Origin: a virus
Virus record (IMG/VR): IMGVR_UViG_3300031463_000001
Coordinates: 60,899 to 124,898 of that record
Reading direction: 5' to 3' (one strand)
DNA length: 64,000 nt
Made by a program: the position numbers and the translations under genes. The notes under the pieces are model-generated. The model was not told the origin of the DNA. It saw only the letters and a program-made list of their open reading frames with translations, and searched no databases. This document shows, piece after piece, positions 45,130 through 54,879 of the stretch; the first letter of the stretch is position 1; each line of letters begins with the position of its first letter.

Positions 45130-47554
45130 AAAAATAGATGAGGAGAAAAATATGACCGAATTAACTTTAACTCAAGAAAAAGTAATAAAAGATAAATATT
45201 TGAAGGGGAATGAAAAAATAGAAGATATGTTTGAAAGAGTAGCTCATAATATAACTATGGCTGAAGTGTTATATGATGTTGGAGTTCCTAAAACAGAAGT
45301 TTTGAAAGGAGTGGAACATAAAATTATTTTTAATGAAGATAAAAAGAGTTTTATAATAGTAATGAATGAAATGGATAGAGAAACTAATTTTTTTACTTAT
45401 TTAAATAATTTAAGTAAAGTTTATGAGGTAAATAAAAAGAATTATGAAAAAGTTTATAATTATTTTTATGATATGATGTCTTCTTTTAAATTTTTACCTA
45501 ATTCTCCTACTTTAATGAACGCGGGTAGGTATTTACAACAATTAGCTGCTTGTTTTGTTATCCCTATTGAAGATAATATGGAAAGTATTCTTAATGCTAA
45601 TTGGGCTCAAGGTATAATACAAAAATCTGGAGGAGGTACAGGGTTCTCTTTTGGTAATATTAGAATGAAGGGAGATAAAGTAAAAAAGACTGGAGGAGTT
45701 GCTTCTGGAGCTGTTACATTTATGCAATTGTTTGATAAGATGACTGAAGTGATTAAACAGGGAGGAGTACGACGAGGAGCTAATATGGGAATATTACCCT
45801 ATTGGCATCCTGAAATAGTTGATTTCATAAAAATGAAAAATAAACCAGGAATAATGGAAAATTTTAATATTTCGGTAGCAGTAGATGATGATTTTATGAA
45901 GGCATTAGAAGAAGGACAAGATATTGATTTAGTAAATCCTCGAGATAATAGTAAAGTAGGGAAAATAAATTCAAAAGAATTGTTTAATATGATAGTTGAG
46001 AATGCTTGGAGATTAGGTGATCCGGGTTTAATTTTTTTAGATACAATTAATAAAGATAATCCAACTCCTCATATTGGAAAAATAGAAGCAACTAATCCTT
46101 GTGGAGAACAACCTTTGTTAGGTTGGGAATCCTGTAATTTAGGTTCAATAAATTTATCTAAATTTGTAAAGGGTGAAATTACTAAAGGAAAAATTGATTG
46201 GGATGATTTAAGAGAAACGGTGCATTATGCAGTAAGATTTTTGGATAATGTTATTGATGTGAATAATTATCCGATATCTAAAATAGAATATATGGTTAAA
46301 TCGAATCGAAAAATTGGATTAGGTATTATGGGTTGGGCAGAAACATGTGTTAAATTAGGAGTAAGATATGATAGTGAAGAAGGTTTAAATAAAGCAAAAG
46401 AAATTATGAAATTTATTCAAGAGGAAGCTTTGAATATGTCCTCTCAACTAGCTTTAGAGAGAGGTTGCTTTTTAAATTGGAAAGGATCTATTTATGATAA
46501 AGATAGTAAATATTTTAAGGGAACTAATTTAAAATTAAGAAATGCATCCCGAACTACTATTGCGCCTACGGGTACAATAGCTTTAGCTGCAGGATTACAA
46601 GGTAGTGGAATTGAGCCCTTTTTTGCTTTATCATATGTGAGATATAATGCTAAAGCTTTAGAAATGTTAAAGAAGGGAGAAGTTCCAAATGAAAAAGATT
46701 TTTATGTTGAAATAAATCCTTTATTTGAAAAAATAGCAAAGCAAAATAATTATTTTGGATTAAAGAAAGAAGATTTATGGAAAAAGATAGAAATAAACCA
46801 TAAATCTATTAGAGGTTTAAAAGAAATTCCTCAATCAATACAAGATTTATTTCCTACCTCACATGATATAAATTTTGAATATCATATAAGAATTCAGGCA
46901 GCTTTTCAAGAATATACGGATAATGCTGTTTCTAAAACAATTAATTTAAAAAAAGAAGCAACTTTAGAAGAGGTTGAAAAAGCTTATTTACTAGCTTATA
47001 AATTAGGATGTAAAGGAATAACAATATATAGGGATGGGTGTAAAGATTTTCAAGTATTGAATTTAAAGGCTGATAAACCAAAGGTAACTAAGAAAAAATT
47101 TATGGAAGGTGTTTCGTCGGAATATTATTTAATGCAAACTGGGTATGGCCCATTACATATTCACTTTAATTTTGAAGAAGATAAGATATTACAAGTATTT
47201 TCTAGTTTACCTCCTTTGGGAACTGAGTTAAGTGGATTGACTTCTTTAATAGGTATTTTATTATCAAAGTATTTTGAGTTGGGGGGAGATCCAACTAAAA
47301 TAATTAAACATTTGAATTCTATAAAAGGTGATAAACCTTATGGGTTTGGTGAATTTAAAGTAAATTCTATTCCTCATGCAGTTGCATTAGCTATGTTGAA
47401 ATTTTTGAAAAAGCGTGGGGAAAATATTTCGTTTATTTCGAGTAATAATTATAAGATGAATTTTTGTCCTAAATGTTATTCTACCAATGTAAGTTACGAA
47501 AGTGGATGTTCGGGAATAACTTGTCATGATTGTGGATATTCAGAATGTTCTTGA
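45107..47554 (+). CDS. nrdJ: Class II (adenosylcobalamin-dependent) ribonucleotide reductase; true start probably 45152
   Basis: PNSPTLMNAG, ACFV, GGGTG, RRGANM, TNPCGEQ, CNLGS, TIAPTG, SKTIN, YRDG; C-terminal zinc ribbon CPKC...CHDCGYSEC. Confidence 0.92.
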   Translation: MNVGRKLKKIDEEKNMTELTLTQEKVIKDKYLKGNEKIEDMFERVAHNITMAEVLYDVGVPKTEVLKGVEHKIIFNEDKKSFIIVMNEMDRETNFFTYLNNLSKVYEVNKKNYEKVYNYFYDMMSSFKFLPNSPTLMNAGRYLQQLAACFVIPIEDNMESILNANWAQGIIQKSGGGTGFSFGNIRMKGDKVKKTGGVASGAVTFMQLFDKMTEVIKQGGVRRGANMGILPYWHPEIVDFIKMKNKPGIMENFNISVAVDDDFMKALEEGQDIDLVNPRDNSKVGKINSKELFNMIVENAWRLGDPGLIFLDTINKDNPTPHIGKIEATNPCGEQPLLGWESCNLGSINLSKFVKGEITKGKIDWDDLRETVHYAVRFLDNVIDVNNYPISKIEYMVKSNRKIGLGIMGWAETCVKLGVRYDSEEGLNKAKEIMKFIQEEALNMSSQLALERGCFLNWKGSIYDKDSKYFKGTNLKLRNASRTTIAPTGTIALAAGLQGSGIEPFFALSYVRYNAKALEMLKKGEVPNEKDFYVEINPLFEKIAKQNNYFGLKKEDLWKKIEINHKSIRGLKEIPQSIQDLFPTSHDINFEYHIRIQAAFQEYTDNAVSKTINLKKEATLEEVEKAYLLAYKLGCKGITIYRDGCKDFQVLNLKADKPKVTKKKFMEGVSSEYYLMQTGYGPLHIHFNFEEDKILQVFSSLPPLGTELSGLTSLIGILLSKYFELGGDPTKIIKHLNSIKGDKPYGFGEFKVNSIPHAVALAMLKFLKKRGENISFISSNNYKMNFCPKCYSTNVSYESGCSGITCHDCGYSECS

Positions 47555-47580
47555 TAAGATATTAAGGAGAAGGTAAATTT

Positions 47581-47787
47581 ATGATAAACGTTGAAGAGTT
47601 TGAAGGTATACTAGAACAACTTTCTTCATTAGAAATTGATGAGTTTATGCAGGGAAAGTTTATTCGAAAATTAAAAGATTTGGATTTTACTAAGGAAGAT
47701 TGTAAAAATTTATATTTATATATCTTACTTAGGGCGTATATAGGTTTAGGAGTTAGAGGTGTAATAAAAAAAGAAGGAGGTAAATAA
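47581..47787 (+). CDS. Hypothetical protein
   Basis: AAGGAG RBS. Confidence 0.55.
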   Translation: MINVEEFEGILEQLSSLEIDEFMQGKFIRKLKDLDFTKEDCKNLYLYILLRAYIGLGVRGVIKKEGGK

Positions 47788-48575
47788 TGAAATTGTCATT
47801 TGAGATACCTGTACGTTATTTGGAAGAACTTTCAGCTTATACAGATTTTGATTTTGTATTAGCGCACTTATTAGGTAATTCAACCTATTTAAATTTTTAT
47901 AAAAAGCAAGTTGAAAAGAATAGATTTGTAATATTAGATAATTCTGCTTTTGAATTATCCCAACCTATTAATGGAAATGAATTGATTAGGTTAACAAAAC
48001 TTTTGAATCCTTCATTAGTGATTGCTCCTGATTATTTGAATAATGATAAAGCTACTTTGAATGAAGTAAAATCTTTTATTGAATTAGTTCAAAAAGAAAA
48101 ATTAAAAGTAAAAATAGGAGGAGTAGTACAAGGAGATAGTTTAGATAAATGGTTGAATTGTTATAAAGAATATAAAAAATTACCTATTGATCTTATTTGT
48201 ATTCCTTTTGATGTTCCCTTTAATGTAAGAAATATTAAAGTAGGTTCTGTAACCCAACAGTGGATGTTGAATAGATTACACTTAATTAAATATCTTTTAA
48301 AAGAAAAATTACTTATAAATAAGCCACATCATTTGTTAGGTGCATCTAATCCAATAGAAATTTTAGGTTATAGTAATTTTCCAATAGAAATGTCTATGGA
48401 TACCTCATCTCCTATAGTGCATGGTTTAAATTTAGTAAAATTTAATGAAAAGGGATTACCTGGAGAAAAGATAAAAGATAAAATGGATTTTTTTGTAGTG
48501 GCTAGTGCAAAACAAATGGATGCTATATTGTATAATATAAATACTTTAAAGAATTGGCAAACTTTTTTAGATTAA
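47787..48575 (+). CDS. TGT-fold protein, candidate DpdA-type DNA-guanine transglycosylase
   Basis: ILDNSAFE (compare TGT DSGGF), APD, GVVQG, HLLG, SMDTS; located among deazaguanine synthesis genes. Confidence 0.7.
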   Translation: MKLSFEIPVRYLEELSAYTDFDFVLAHLLGNSTYLNFYKKQVEKNRFVILDNSAFELSQPINGNELIRLTKLLNPSLVIAPDYLNNDKATLNEVKSFIELVQKEKLKVKIGGVVQGDSLDKWLNCYKEYKKLPIDLICIPFDVPFNVRNIKVGSVTQQWMLNRLHLIKYLLKEKLLINKPHHLLGASNPIEILGYSNFPIEMSMDTSSPIVHGLNLVKFNEKGLPGEKIKDKMDFFVVASAKQMDAILYNINTLKNWQTFLD

Positions 48576-48585
48576 GGAGGAAATA

Positions 48586-49080
48586 ATGCTAAATAAAATA
48601 TTTAAAAAGAAAAGAATTAATAATGAAACTATAGGAGAAATTCTAGTTATAAAAGTAAAAAGATTAGATAAAGAATTGCCTTTACCAAAAAGAGCCTATC
48701 CTACTGATTCAGGTTGGGATTTGTATAGTAGAGAAGATATTAAAATACCTCCTAAATCGTATAAATCAATAAATTGTGGAGTTATTTTTTCTATGCCTCC
48801 AGATGTAGAATGTCAAGTTAGAGGAAGAAGTGGATTTGCATTTAAAGGAGTTTTTGCTCATTTCGGAACTGTTGATTCAAATTTTAGAGGTGAAGTGGGA
48901 CCAATTTTATTTAATATGAATGATATTCCATTTACTATTTATAAAGGAGAAAGAGTATGCCAGGTGGTATTTGTACCTAAATTAGGAAAGTATTATAAAG
49001 ATATTAAGATGGTTGAAGTAGAAGAAATAGATGAAACGGATAGGGGAAGTAAAGGTTTTGGAAGTACAGGAGTTAAATAA
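48586..49080 (+). CDS. dut: Trimeric dUTPase
   Basis: SGWDL, GRSG, GTVDSNFRGE, GERVCQ, RGSKGFGSTG. Confidence 0.95.
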   Translation: MLNKIFKKKRINNETIGEILVIKVKRLDKELPLPKRAYPTDSGWDLYSREDIKIPPKSYKSINCGVIFSMPPDVECQVRGRSGFAFKGVFAHFGTVDSNFRGEVGPILFNMNDIPFTIYKGERVCQVVFVPKLGKYYKDIKMVEVEEIDETDRGSKGFGSTGVK

Positions 49081-49081
49081 T

Positions 49082-49318
49082 ATGAAATTAAAAAATTCAA
49101 TTAAAGGAGTACAACATTCTCTCATAGAAGAACCCGTTACTAGGTTTGAGAAAAAGATATTGAAAGAAGTTGAAGTTGTTTTTGAAAATAAAATATGTAT
49201 ATTTGGATATTCGCATAAAGAAGCAAAAAAAGAAATTGAGGAAGAGTTGGAATTGTTTTTTGATAGAATAAGGTATTTAGTAAATGAAAATATTTTTAGG
49301 AGAAAGAAGAATGTCTAA
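49082..49318 (+). CDS. Hypothetical protein
   Basis: Likely start MKLKNS after AGGAG. Confidence 0.5.
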   Translation: MKLKNSIKGVQHSLIEEPVTRFEKKILKEVEVVFENKICIFGYSHKEAKKEIEEELELFFDRIRYLVNENIFRRKKNV

Positions 49319-50156
49319 TCTACCCGATGTACAAAATTCGAAAGATTTGAGAAATTTACCTATAAATAGAGTGGGTGTAGATAATGTTCCTTTTTTAATT
49401 CAAATTAAAACTAAAAAAGGAGATTTCCTTAAATTACATTCCAATGTTTCTCTTTTTAGTTCCCTTAATCATGATATGAGGGGTACTAATATGTCAAGGT
49501 ATTTGGAGGTACTTTATGATTGGAAAGATTCTTTATCAGGAGATAATATTAACGATCTTTTAAATAAATTGAAAGATAAATTAAAATCGGATGATGTTTA
49601 TGTAAAAACTTCTTTTAAGTATCCAATTGAAGTAAAATCACCCATTTCTAAAAAAGTAGGTTATAACTTTTTTGATTGTGATTTTGTGGGTTTATTAAAA
49701 AATAATGAATATAAATTTTTGGTTTCGGTAGAAGGTATTGTTACAACTTATTGTCCTTGTTCTAAAGAGATGAGTTTAGTAGATTTAGAAAAGGGATGTG
49801 GATGGGGAGCACACGCACAAAGAAGTCATGTTAGAATAATGACTTTAACTAATCCTCCACAGCCTGGAATGTGGATTGAAGATATTACAGCAATTATTAA
49901 TGAATCCGGGTCATCTAATGTTTATCCTCTTTTAAAAAGGCCGGATGAAAAGTATGTAACTGAACAGGGATATAAAAATGCTAAATTTGTGGAAGATGTT
50001 GCTAGAGATGCTTCTTTACTTTTGCAAAAGGTTATTAATTTAAAATGGTTTTCTGTTAAAGTATCAAGTCAAGAATCAATACATCAGCATAATGCTGTTT
50101 GTTATATAATAAGAGAAAAAGTTGATAATGAATGGAAGGTAGCTAATTCTATATGA
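49311..50156 (+). CDS. folE2: GTP cyclohydrolase IB
   Basis: LPDVQ, I.RVGV, GTNMSR, CPCS, AHAQRS, LKRPDEK, FVED, ESIHQHNA. Confidence 0.93.
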   Translation: MSNLPDVQNSKDLRNLPINRVGVDNVPFLIQIKTKKGDFLKLHSNVSLFSSLNHDMRGTNMSRYLEVLYDWKDSLSGDNINDLLNKLKDKLKSDDVYVKTSFKYPIEVKSPISKKVGYNFFDCDFVGLLKNNEYKFLVSVEGIVTTYCPCSKEMSLVDLEKGCGWGAHAQRSHVRIMTLTNPPQPGMWIEDITAIINESGSSNVYPLLKRPDEKYVTEQGYKNAKFVEDVARDASLLLQKVINLKWFSVKVSSQESIHQHNAVCYIIREKVDNEWKVANSI

Positions 50157-50171
50157 AAATAGGAGAGTTAA

Positions 50172-50846
50172 ATGATTATTAAAAAAGATAATAGCACGGG
50201 TTTATTGATTAGTAAAATATCTAAATACTTAGAAGAACATCCTGAAAAAGCTTCTACTTCAACTAAATTATCTCCTACCTATATAATAAAATGTGAACGT
50301 CAAGCTTTTTATAAATTAAAGGGAATTCCTCAAGAAACATCTAGAGATTTTAAATCTAGATTGATTGCTATGGGGGGAAATTCAATTCACAAAAAATTTG
50401 AAGATTTATTTAGAAATATGGGAATTTTAGTTGATTCAGAAAAACTTATATTTCATTCTACCTATCCTTTTTTAGGTTTTGTAGATGCAATTATAAAAAT
50501 TGATGATGAAACTTACATAGTTGAAATTAAATCGATTAATAAAGAAGGATTTGGAAAATTAAATAAACCTCATGAAGAGCATGTATTGCAAGTAAAAATG
50601 TATATGTTAATTATGAATATAAAAAAAGCTATAATTTTTTATGAGAATAAAGATTCTCAAGATTTAAAAGAATTTAAGGTTGATTTGAATCCTGAATTTG
50701 AAAGTTGGTTTAATGAAAAAATGAATAGGATTTTGACATACTATAAAGAAAATAAGATTCCATCTAGAATATGTGCTACTGAAGTAGATGGTAAATATCA
50801 GTGGTGTCCTTATGCAAAATATTGTTTTCAAGATATTAATGAATAG
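50172..50846 (+). CDS. Cas4-like PD-(D/E)xK exonuclease (not CRISPR-associated)
   Basis: CER, G..IH, GFVD, VEIKS, Q...Y, terminal CPY...C. Confidence 0.8.
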   Translation: MIIKKDNSTGLLISKISKYLEEHPEKASTSTKLSPTYIIKCERQAFYKLKGIPQETSRDFKSRLIAMGGNSIHKKFEDLFRNMGILVDSEKLIFHSTYPFLGFVDAIIKIDDETYIVEIKSINKEGFGKLNKPHEEHVLQVKMYMLIMNIKKAIIFYENKDSQDLKEFKVDLNPEFESWFNEKMNRILTYYKENKIPSRICATEVDGKYQWCPYAKYCFQDINE

Positions 50847-50855
50847 GAGGTTTGA

Positions 50856-51275
50856 GTGACTTATATATCGAGATCATTTTCTTTTCCAGCTGCACATAGA
50901 TTGATGTACCATAAAGGTAAATGTAGAAATCTACATGGACATCGTTATGAGGTAACTGTATTTGTAAAAGGTAAAGATAATACTTTTGCAAATAAGCATA
51001 ATTTTGTATTTGATTTTAATGCTTTTAAAATTATTATAGGTGATTGGATTGATGAGCATTTAGATCATACTACTTTAGTAAGTGAAAAAGATATTGAATT
51101 ATTAGAGATAGTTAAAAAATTAAATTCAAAGTATTATGTATTAGAAGATAGTAGCTCAGAAATGATTGCACTTCATCTTAAAAAAGTTTTTCAAAATTTA
51201 TTAAAAAATAGAGGATTGAAAGTATTTAAAGTAATTGTTTCCGAGTCACCAAATACAAATGCAATTATTGAGTAA
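50856..51275 (+). CDS. queD: 6-carboxy-5,6,7,8-tetrahydropterin synthase
   Basis: F.AAHRL, GKC.NLHGH, DF, LDH, SSE, V.ES. Confidence 0.93.
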   Translation: MTYISRSFSFPAAHRLMYHKGKCRNLHGHRYEVTVFVKGKDNTFANKHNFVFDFNAFKIIIGDWIDEHLDHTTLVSEKDIELLEIVKKLNSKYYVLEDSSSEMIALHLKKVFQNLLKNRGLKVFKVIVSESPNTNAIIE

Positions 51276-51870
51276 ACGTCAAATATCTATGCAAACTTTA
51301 GCTAAGTTTGATGTTTTTGAAATTGAAAAAGGGAAATGTAATTATTTTGGCGATTCTATAAAAGTTGATGATATTAGGGAAGGAGTTTATTTTCCTCTTT
51401 ATTATTTTAATAAAAAATTGTTGGGGTATGCATTAAGAAAATTACATGATTCAAATGAAAAGTGGGTTTATTCAAAATCGTTTAAAAGAAATCATTTTTT
51501 ATATGGGTTTGTTGAAAATTTTAAAGCTATTAAAGAAAAAAAAGAAGTTATTTTGGTGGAAGGATTATTTGATTGTTTAAAATTGGTAGATGAAGGTTTT
51601 ACTAATACTGTAAGTAGTTTTGGAACTTTATTTACTTTTTATCATTTTGTATTATTATATCCATTAGTTAATAAAATAATTTTGATACCTGATTCGGATG
51701 AAGGTGGAAATAAAATGATAGAAAAAGTTAAGGAAATAATAAATAATAAATTAGAATTAGATATAATAAAATTACCTAAAAATTATGATCCAGATGATTT
51801 TTTAATTAAATATGGGAAAAAAGCTTTTTCAAATTTGATTTTAAAAAAAGGAGGAGAGTATGCTAAGTGA
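51235..51870 (+). CDS. DnaG primase catalytic (TOPRIM) part, lacking the zinc finger
   Basis: LYG, ILVEG.FD, N.V...GT, DSDEGG, DPDD. Confidence 0.88.
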   Translation: MFPSHQIQMQLLSKRQISMQTLAKFDVFEIEKGKCNYFGDSIKVDDIREGVYFPLYYFNKKLLGYALRKLHDSNEKWVYSKSFKRNHFLYGFVENFKAIKEKKEVILVEGLFDCLKLVDEGFTNTVSSFGTLFTFYHFVLLYPLVNKIILIPDSDEGGNKMIEKVKEIINNKLELDIIKLPKNYDPDDFLIKYGKKAFSNLILKKGGEYAK

Positions 51871-52162
51871 TGAAGATAAGATGGATAATACGCAGGAATT
51901 TAATTATTTTGAGAAATTGTCTAATTTTTCTGCAGAAAATATGAAAATGAATTCTGTTGATTTACCTAAGATTAAAATTAAACTTAGAGGTAAAGAATAT
52001 GAAATATTTGCTACTGATCCTTTAGGGGCAATATTTTGTTCTTTGATTGAATTAAATAATAAAAAAGTAGATCAAATTTTAAATAGTTTTAAAATAACAT
52101 TAAAAGATGTGAAGGGTAATATTATATTTCCTGTAAAGGAGAATAAAAATGGAAGAAAATAA
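51860..52162 (+). CDS. Hypothetical protein
   Basis: AGGAGG RBS. Confidence 0.6.
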   Translation: MLSDEDKMDNTQEFNYFEKLSNFSAENMKMNSVDLPKIKIKLRGKEYEIFATDPLGAIFCSLIELNNKKVDQILNSFKITLKDVKGNIIFPVKENKNGRK

Positions 52163-52799
52163 ACCCTCTCGTATAGAAAAAGTTTTTTTGGATACTTTAA
52201 ATGTTTCATGGGGAAATACTGAAGTATTAAATTCTTCGGGTTGGTATTTTTTATATTATGGGAATTTGAATTGTTTAAGAAACTTTTTAACTTTTTTACC
52301 TTCTAAATTGGATGCTTACAAATTATGGCAACCTTCTTATAAAGTAAAAAAAGAAAAAAATAGATCAGTAATAGAAACTAAACGATTACTTTTTCCAGGT
52401 TATGCTTTTTTTAAGACTTTAGATATAATGAACGTGGATTGTTTTATAAAGGATTATTTTAAAGATTTTTATTTTTATTTTTTAAAGAAAGGAAGAGAAT
52501 TTGCAACGTTAACTGCTGAGGAAGAAGAATGGATTTTAAAATTAGAAGAAATTTGGACTAAAATAGTAGAAGAACATTGTAAATTTAAAAAAGGAGATGT
52601 TGTAAGGTTAAAAAATGCTTATTGGGGAAATTTAGTAGGTAAAGTAGTAGATATAGATGAACCTAAACAAATTGCAACGGTAGAGTTTGTATTTTTTCAA
52701 ACTCGTACTATATTGTTTAAAGTAGATTTGAATACTTTGGAAAATTTAACTCCACCTGAGGAATTTTTAGGAATTCTTTTGGATGAAAAAGATTATTAA
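52149..52799 (+). CDS. NusG/RfaH-family transcription antitermination factor
   Basis: WY..., LLFPGY.F (NGN domain); FKKGD.V.L....G..G.V (KOW). Confidence 0.85.
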   Translation: MEENKPSRIEKVFLDTLNVSWGNTEVLNSSGWYFLYYGNLNCLRNFLTFLPSKLDAYKLWQPSYKVKKEKNRSVIETKRLLFPGYAFFKTLDIMNVDCFIKDYFKDFYFYFLKKGREFATLTAEEEEWILKLEEIWTKIVEEHCKFKKGDVVRLKNAYWGNLVGKVVDIDEPKQIATVEFVFFQTRTILFKVDLNTLENLTPPEEFLGILLDEKDY

Positions 52800-53145
52800 A
52801 GATCCCTTTTGGGATTATGAAAATGATATCCTAAACGATTTTTCTAGAGTAGAACTTAGTTTAGGTGAATTTACTAATTTTTTAAATTTTGATTTAACAG
52901 ATGAAGATATAAATAAAGAATTGAAAAAAAGGCGTTTTTGTCATCAAGAATCTCAAAAATTAATGAAATATGTGATTGATAATTTTAATGAAAAACAAAT
53001 AAAAATTTTTATTTATTTTTTTATTTTTGAGTTAACACAGGTTGAAATAGGTGAATTGATGAAAATTTCTCAAGCTTATGTGTCTTTTATATTAAAAACC
53101 ATGAAAAAAAAGATTTTAGATGATTTCTATGCTTGTAAAAAATGA
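52783..53145 (+). CDS. Sigma-70 region-4-like HTH protein
   Basis: EKQ..IF.......LTQ.EIG..M.ISQ.YVS. Confidence 0.8.
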   Translation: MKKIIKDPFWDYENDILNDFSRVELSLGEFTNFLNFDLTDEDINKELKKRRFCHQESQKLMKYVIDNFNEKQIKIFIYFFIFELTQVEIGELMKISQAYVSFILKTMKKKILDDFYACKK

Positions 53146-53163
53146 TTTTTTATAGGAGGAGCA

Positions 53164-54876
53164 ATGGTGAATAATCTTGTAAGTGGTTTAGTTAAGATTA
53201 ATGATGTTACACGTGCCAAGGAGTTAGATTTAATTTCTGGAGTAAAATCTAATCCAGTAATAGTTTCGGGTGTAATTGATGTAACATACAAAGATGAAGA
53301 TTTAACAAATGTTGTAGAAGAGGAAGAAGCATTTAGATATAATTGGAGTGCTTCCTTTATGGGAACAGATGTTTCAGATAAAAATAGTTGGTCAATTTCA
53401 GGAAATTTTTCTGCCGAAGATGAGGAAATAATAATTCAAAAGATATTTGATAAAATAAAAGAAGCTTATTTAAATCCAACAAATGAAGTTGAAAGGAGAT
53501 TAAGGGCGGCATTAAATGAAATAACGAGTCGATTAAGTAAGGGGATATCTTTTTTTGAGGATAAATTTTTTGATTATCTTTTTGAAAAATTTAATTATTT
53601 AATAAATATTTATTTAACTTCTGTGGGGGATTTTGAGTTGCAAAAAAATACATTTATGGAAGTCTTATATCAATCGTTAGAATATGTTAAGAGGCTAATT
53701 GAAGATATGGCTACTCAGAAAGGAGTAGTTTTAAGTAATATGGATGAGGTTATTTCTTTTATAGAGAGTAATGAAGATGTTAAGAATTATGTTAGAAATT
53801 ATTTAAAAAATGCTTTAACTTCTTCGTATATTTCTAAGTTTAAAAGTTTAGGGGGGGAAGAAACTTTAGAAGATGAGGAAGAAGAAACTAAAAAGAAACA
53901 TTATCGTAAAGAAATTCCTTTTTCAGACTTAGCTTCTTATTTTTCAAAAGGTGAAGAAGAGGAGGAAGATTTAACCACAGTGGAGGATATTCTTTCTGAA
54001 AAAGCGATGAAAGAAGGATTTATTGATGAATTAACATTAGAAAAGAGTATAGAAGGAGAAAAAGAATTTAACCAAAAAGTGAATAAAATAAAAGAAATGT
54101 TAAAGAAAGAAAATGCAATGAATGCTTTAAAATTATTTGAAAAAATTATGGATATTTTGGAAAATGGATTTAATGAAGCTGATTTACAACTTTTAGAAAG
54201 TAAAGGAATAGAATTAAATCTAGCATCTAATAAATTATGGTCAACTTTACTAAATATGAATGAATCGTCTGTAAGTGAAGCATTTAAAAAATTAAGATTT
54301 GTTTTTACTGGAGTATTTCCTTTATCTTTTAAAAGAACAACAGAAATTGATGTTATTGAGGAGTTTGTAAATTCTAGAGATGTTGTTAATGTTAAAGAAG
54401 AAATAAAAAATCTTTTGCCAGAACAGGTAGATTTTTTTAAGACTATTTTAAAAAGTTTAGTTAATGATATTGAATATGATGTTTTAATTGATTTTTTCTT
54501 TAATAATAAACCGATTTCATCTATTTTGGATCATTATGATATAGGTACTACAGAATTAGCTAATGCGATACAGAAAGGAATGCTTTTTTATAAAAAATAT
54601 ATACCTCTTTATAGAAGTTTAAATATTTATTTAAATAAAGGTGATGTTAAAGATGAAATTAGATATATGAAAACTGAATTAAGTAATAGTGAAATATTTG
54701 ATATTTTTTTATCTAAATTAAATTCATTATTATCACAGGAAGAGTGGGATATTTTTAATGAGTATATATTTGATAAGAAAAATTTAGTTGAATTAGTTGA
54801 AGAAAAGTATGATTTAAATTCATTAAAGAAAGCGTTGGAGGTTGCAGTTAATTTGTTGAAAAGTTTAAAAAAATAA
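53164..54876 (+). CDS. Large acidic helical protein with possible sigma-region-4-like segments
   Basis: 570-aa ORF with AGGAGG RBS; HTH-like segments LLNMNESSVSEAFKKL and EYDVLIDFFFNNKPISSI. Confidence 0.6.
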   Translation: MVNNLVSGLVKINDVTRAKELDLISGVKSNPVIVSGVIDVTYKDEDLTNVVEEEEAFRYNWSASFMGTDVSDKNSWSISGNFSAEDEEIIIQKIFDKIKEAYLNPTNEVERRLRAALNEITSRLSKGISFFEDKFFDYLFEKFNYLINIYLTSVGDFELQKNTFMEVLYQSLEYVKRLIEDMATQKGVVLSNMDEVISFIESNEDVKNYVRNYLKNALTSSYISKFKSLGGEETLEDEEEETKKKHYRKEIPFSDLASYFSKGEEEEEDLTTVEDILSEKAMKEGFIDELTLEKSIEGEKEFNQKVNKIKEMLKKENAMNALKLFEKIMDILENGFNEADLQLLESKGIELNLASNKLWSTLLNMNESSVSEAFKKLRFVFTGVFPLSFKRTTEIDVIEEFVNSRDVVNVKEEIKNLLPEQVDFFKTILKSLVNDIEYDVLIDFFFNNKPISSILDHYDIGTTELANAIQKGMLFYKKYIPLYRSLNIYLNKGDVKDEIRYMKTELSNSEIFDIFLSKLNSLLSQEEWDIFNEYIFDKKNLVELVEEKYDLNSLKKALEVAVNLLKSLKK

Positions 54877-54879
54877 ATT

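Noticed and set aside
50172-50846. Cas4 as part of a CRISPR-Cas system
   Set aside because: No cas1, cas2 or array; solo Cas4-like nucleases are common in phage replication modules.
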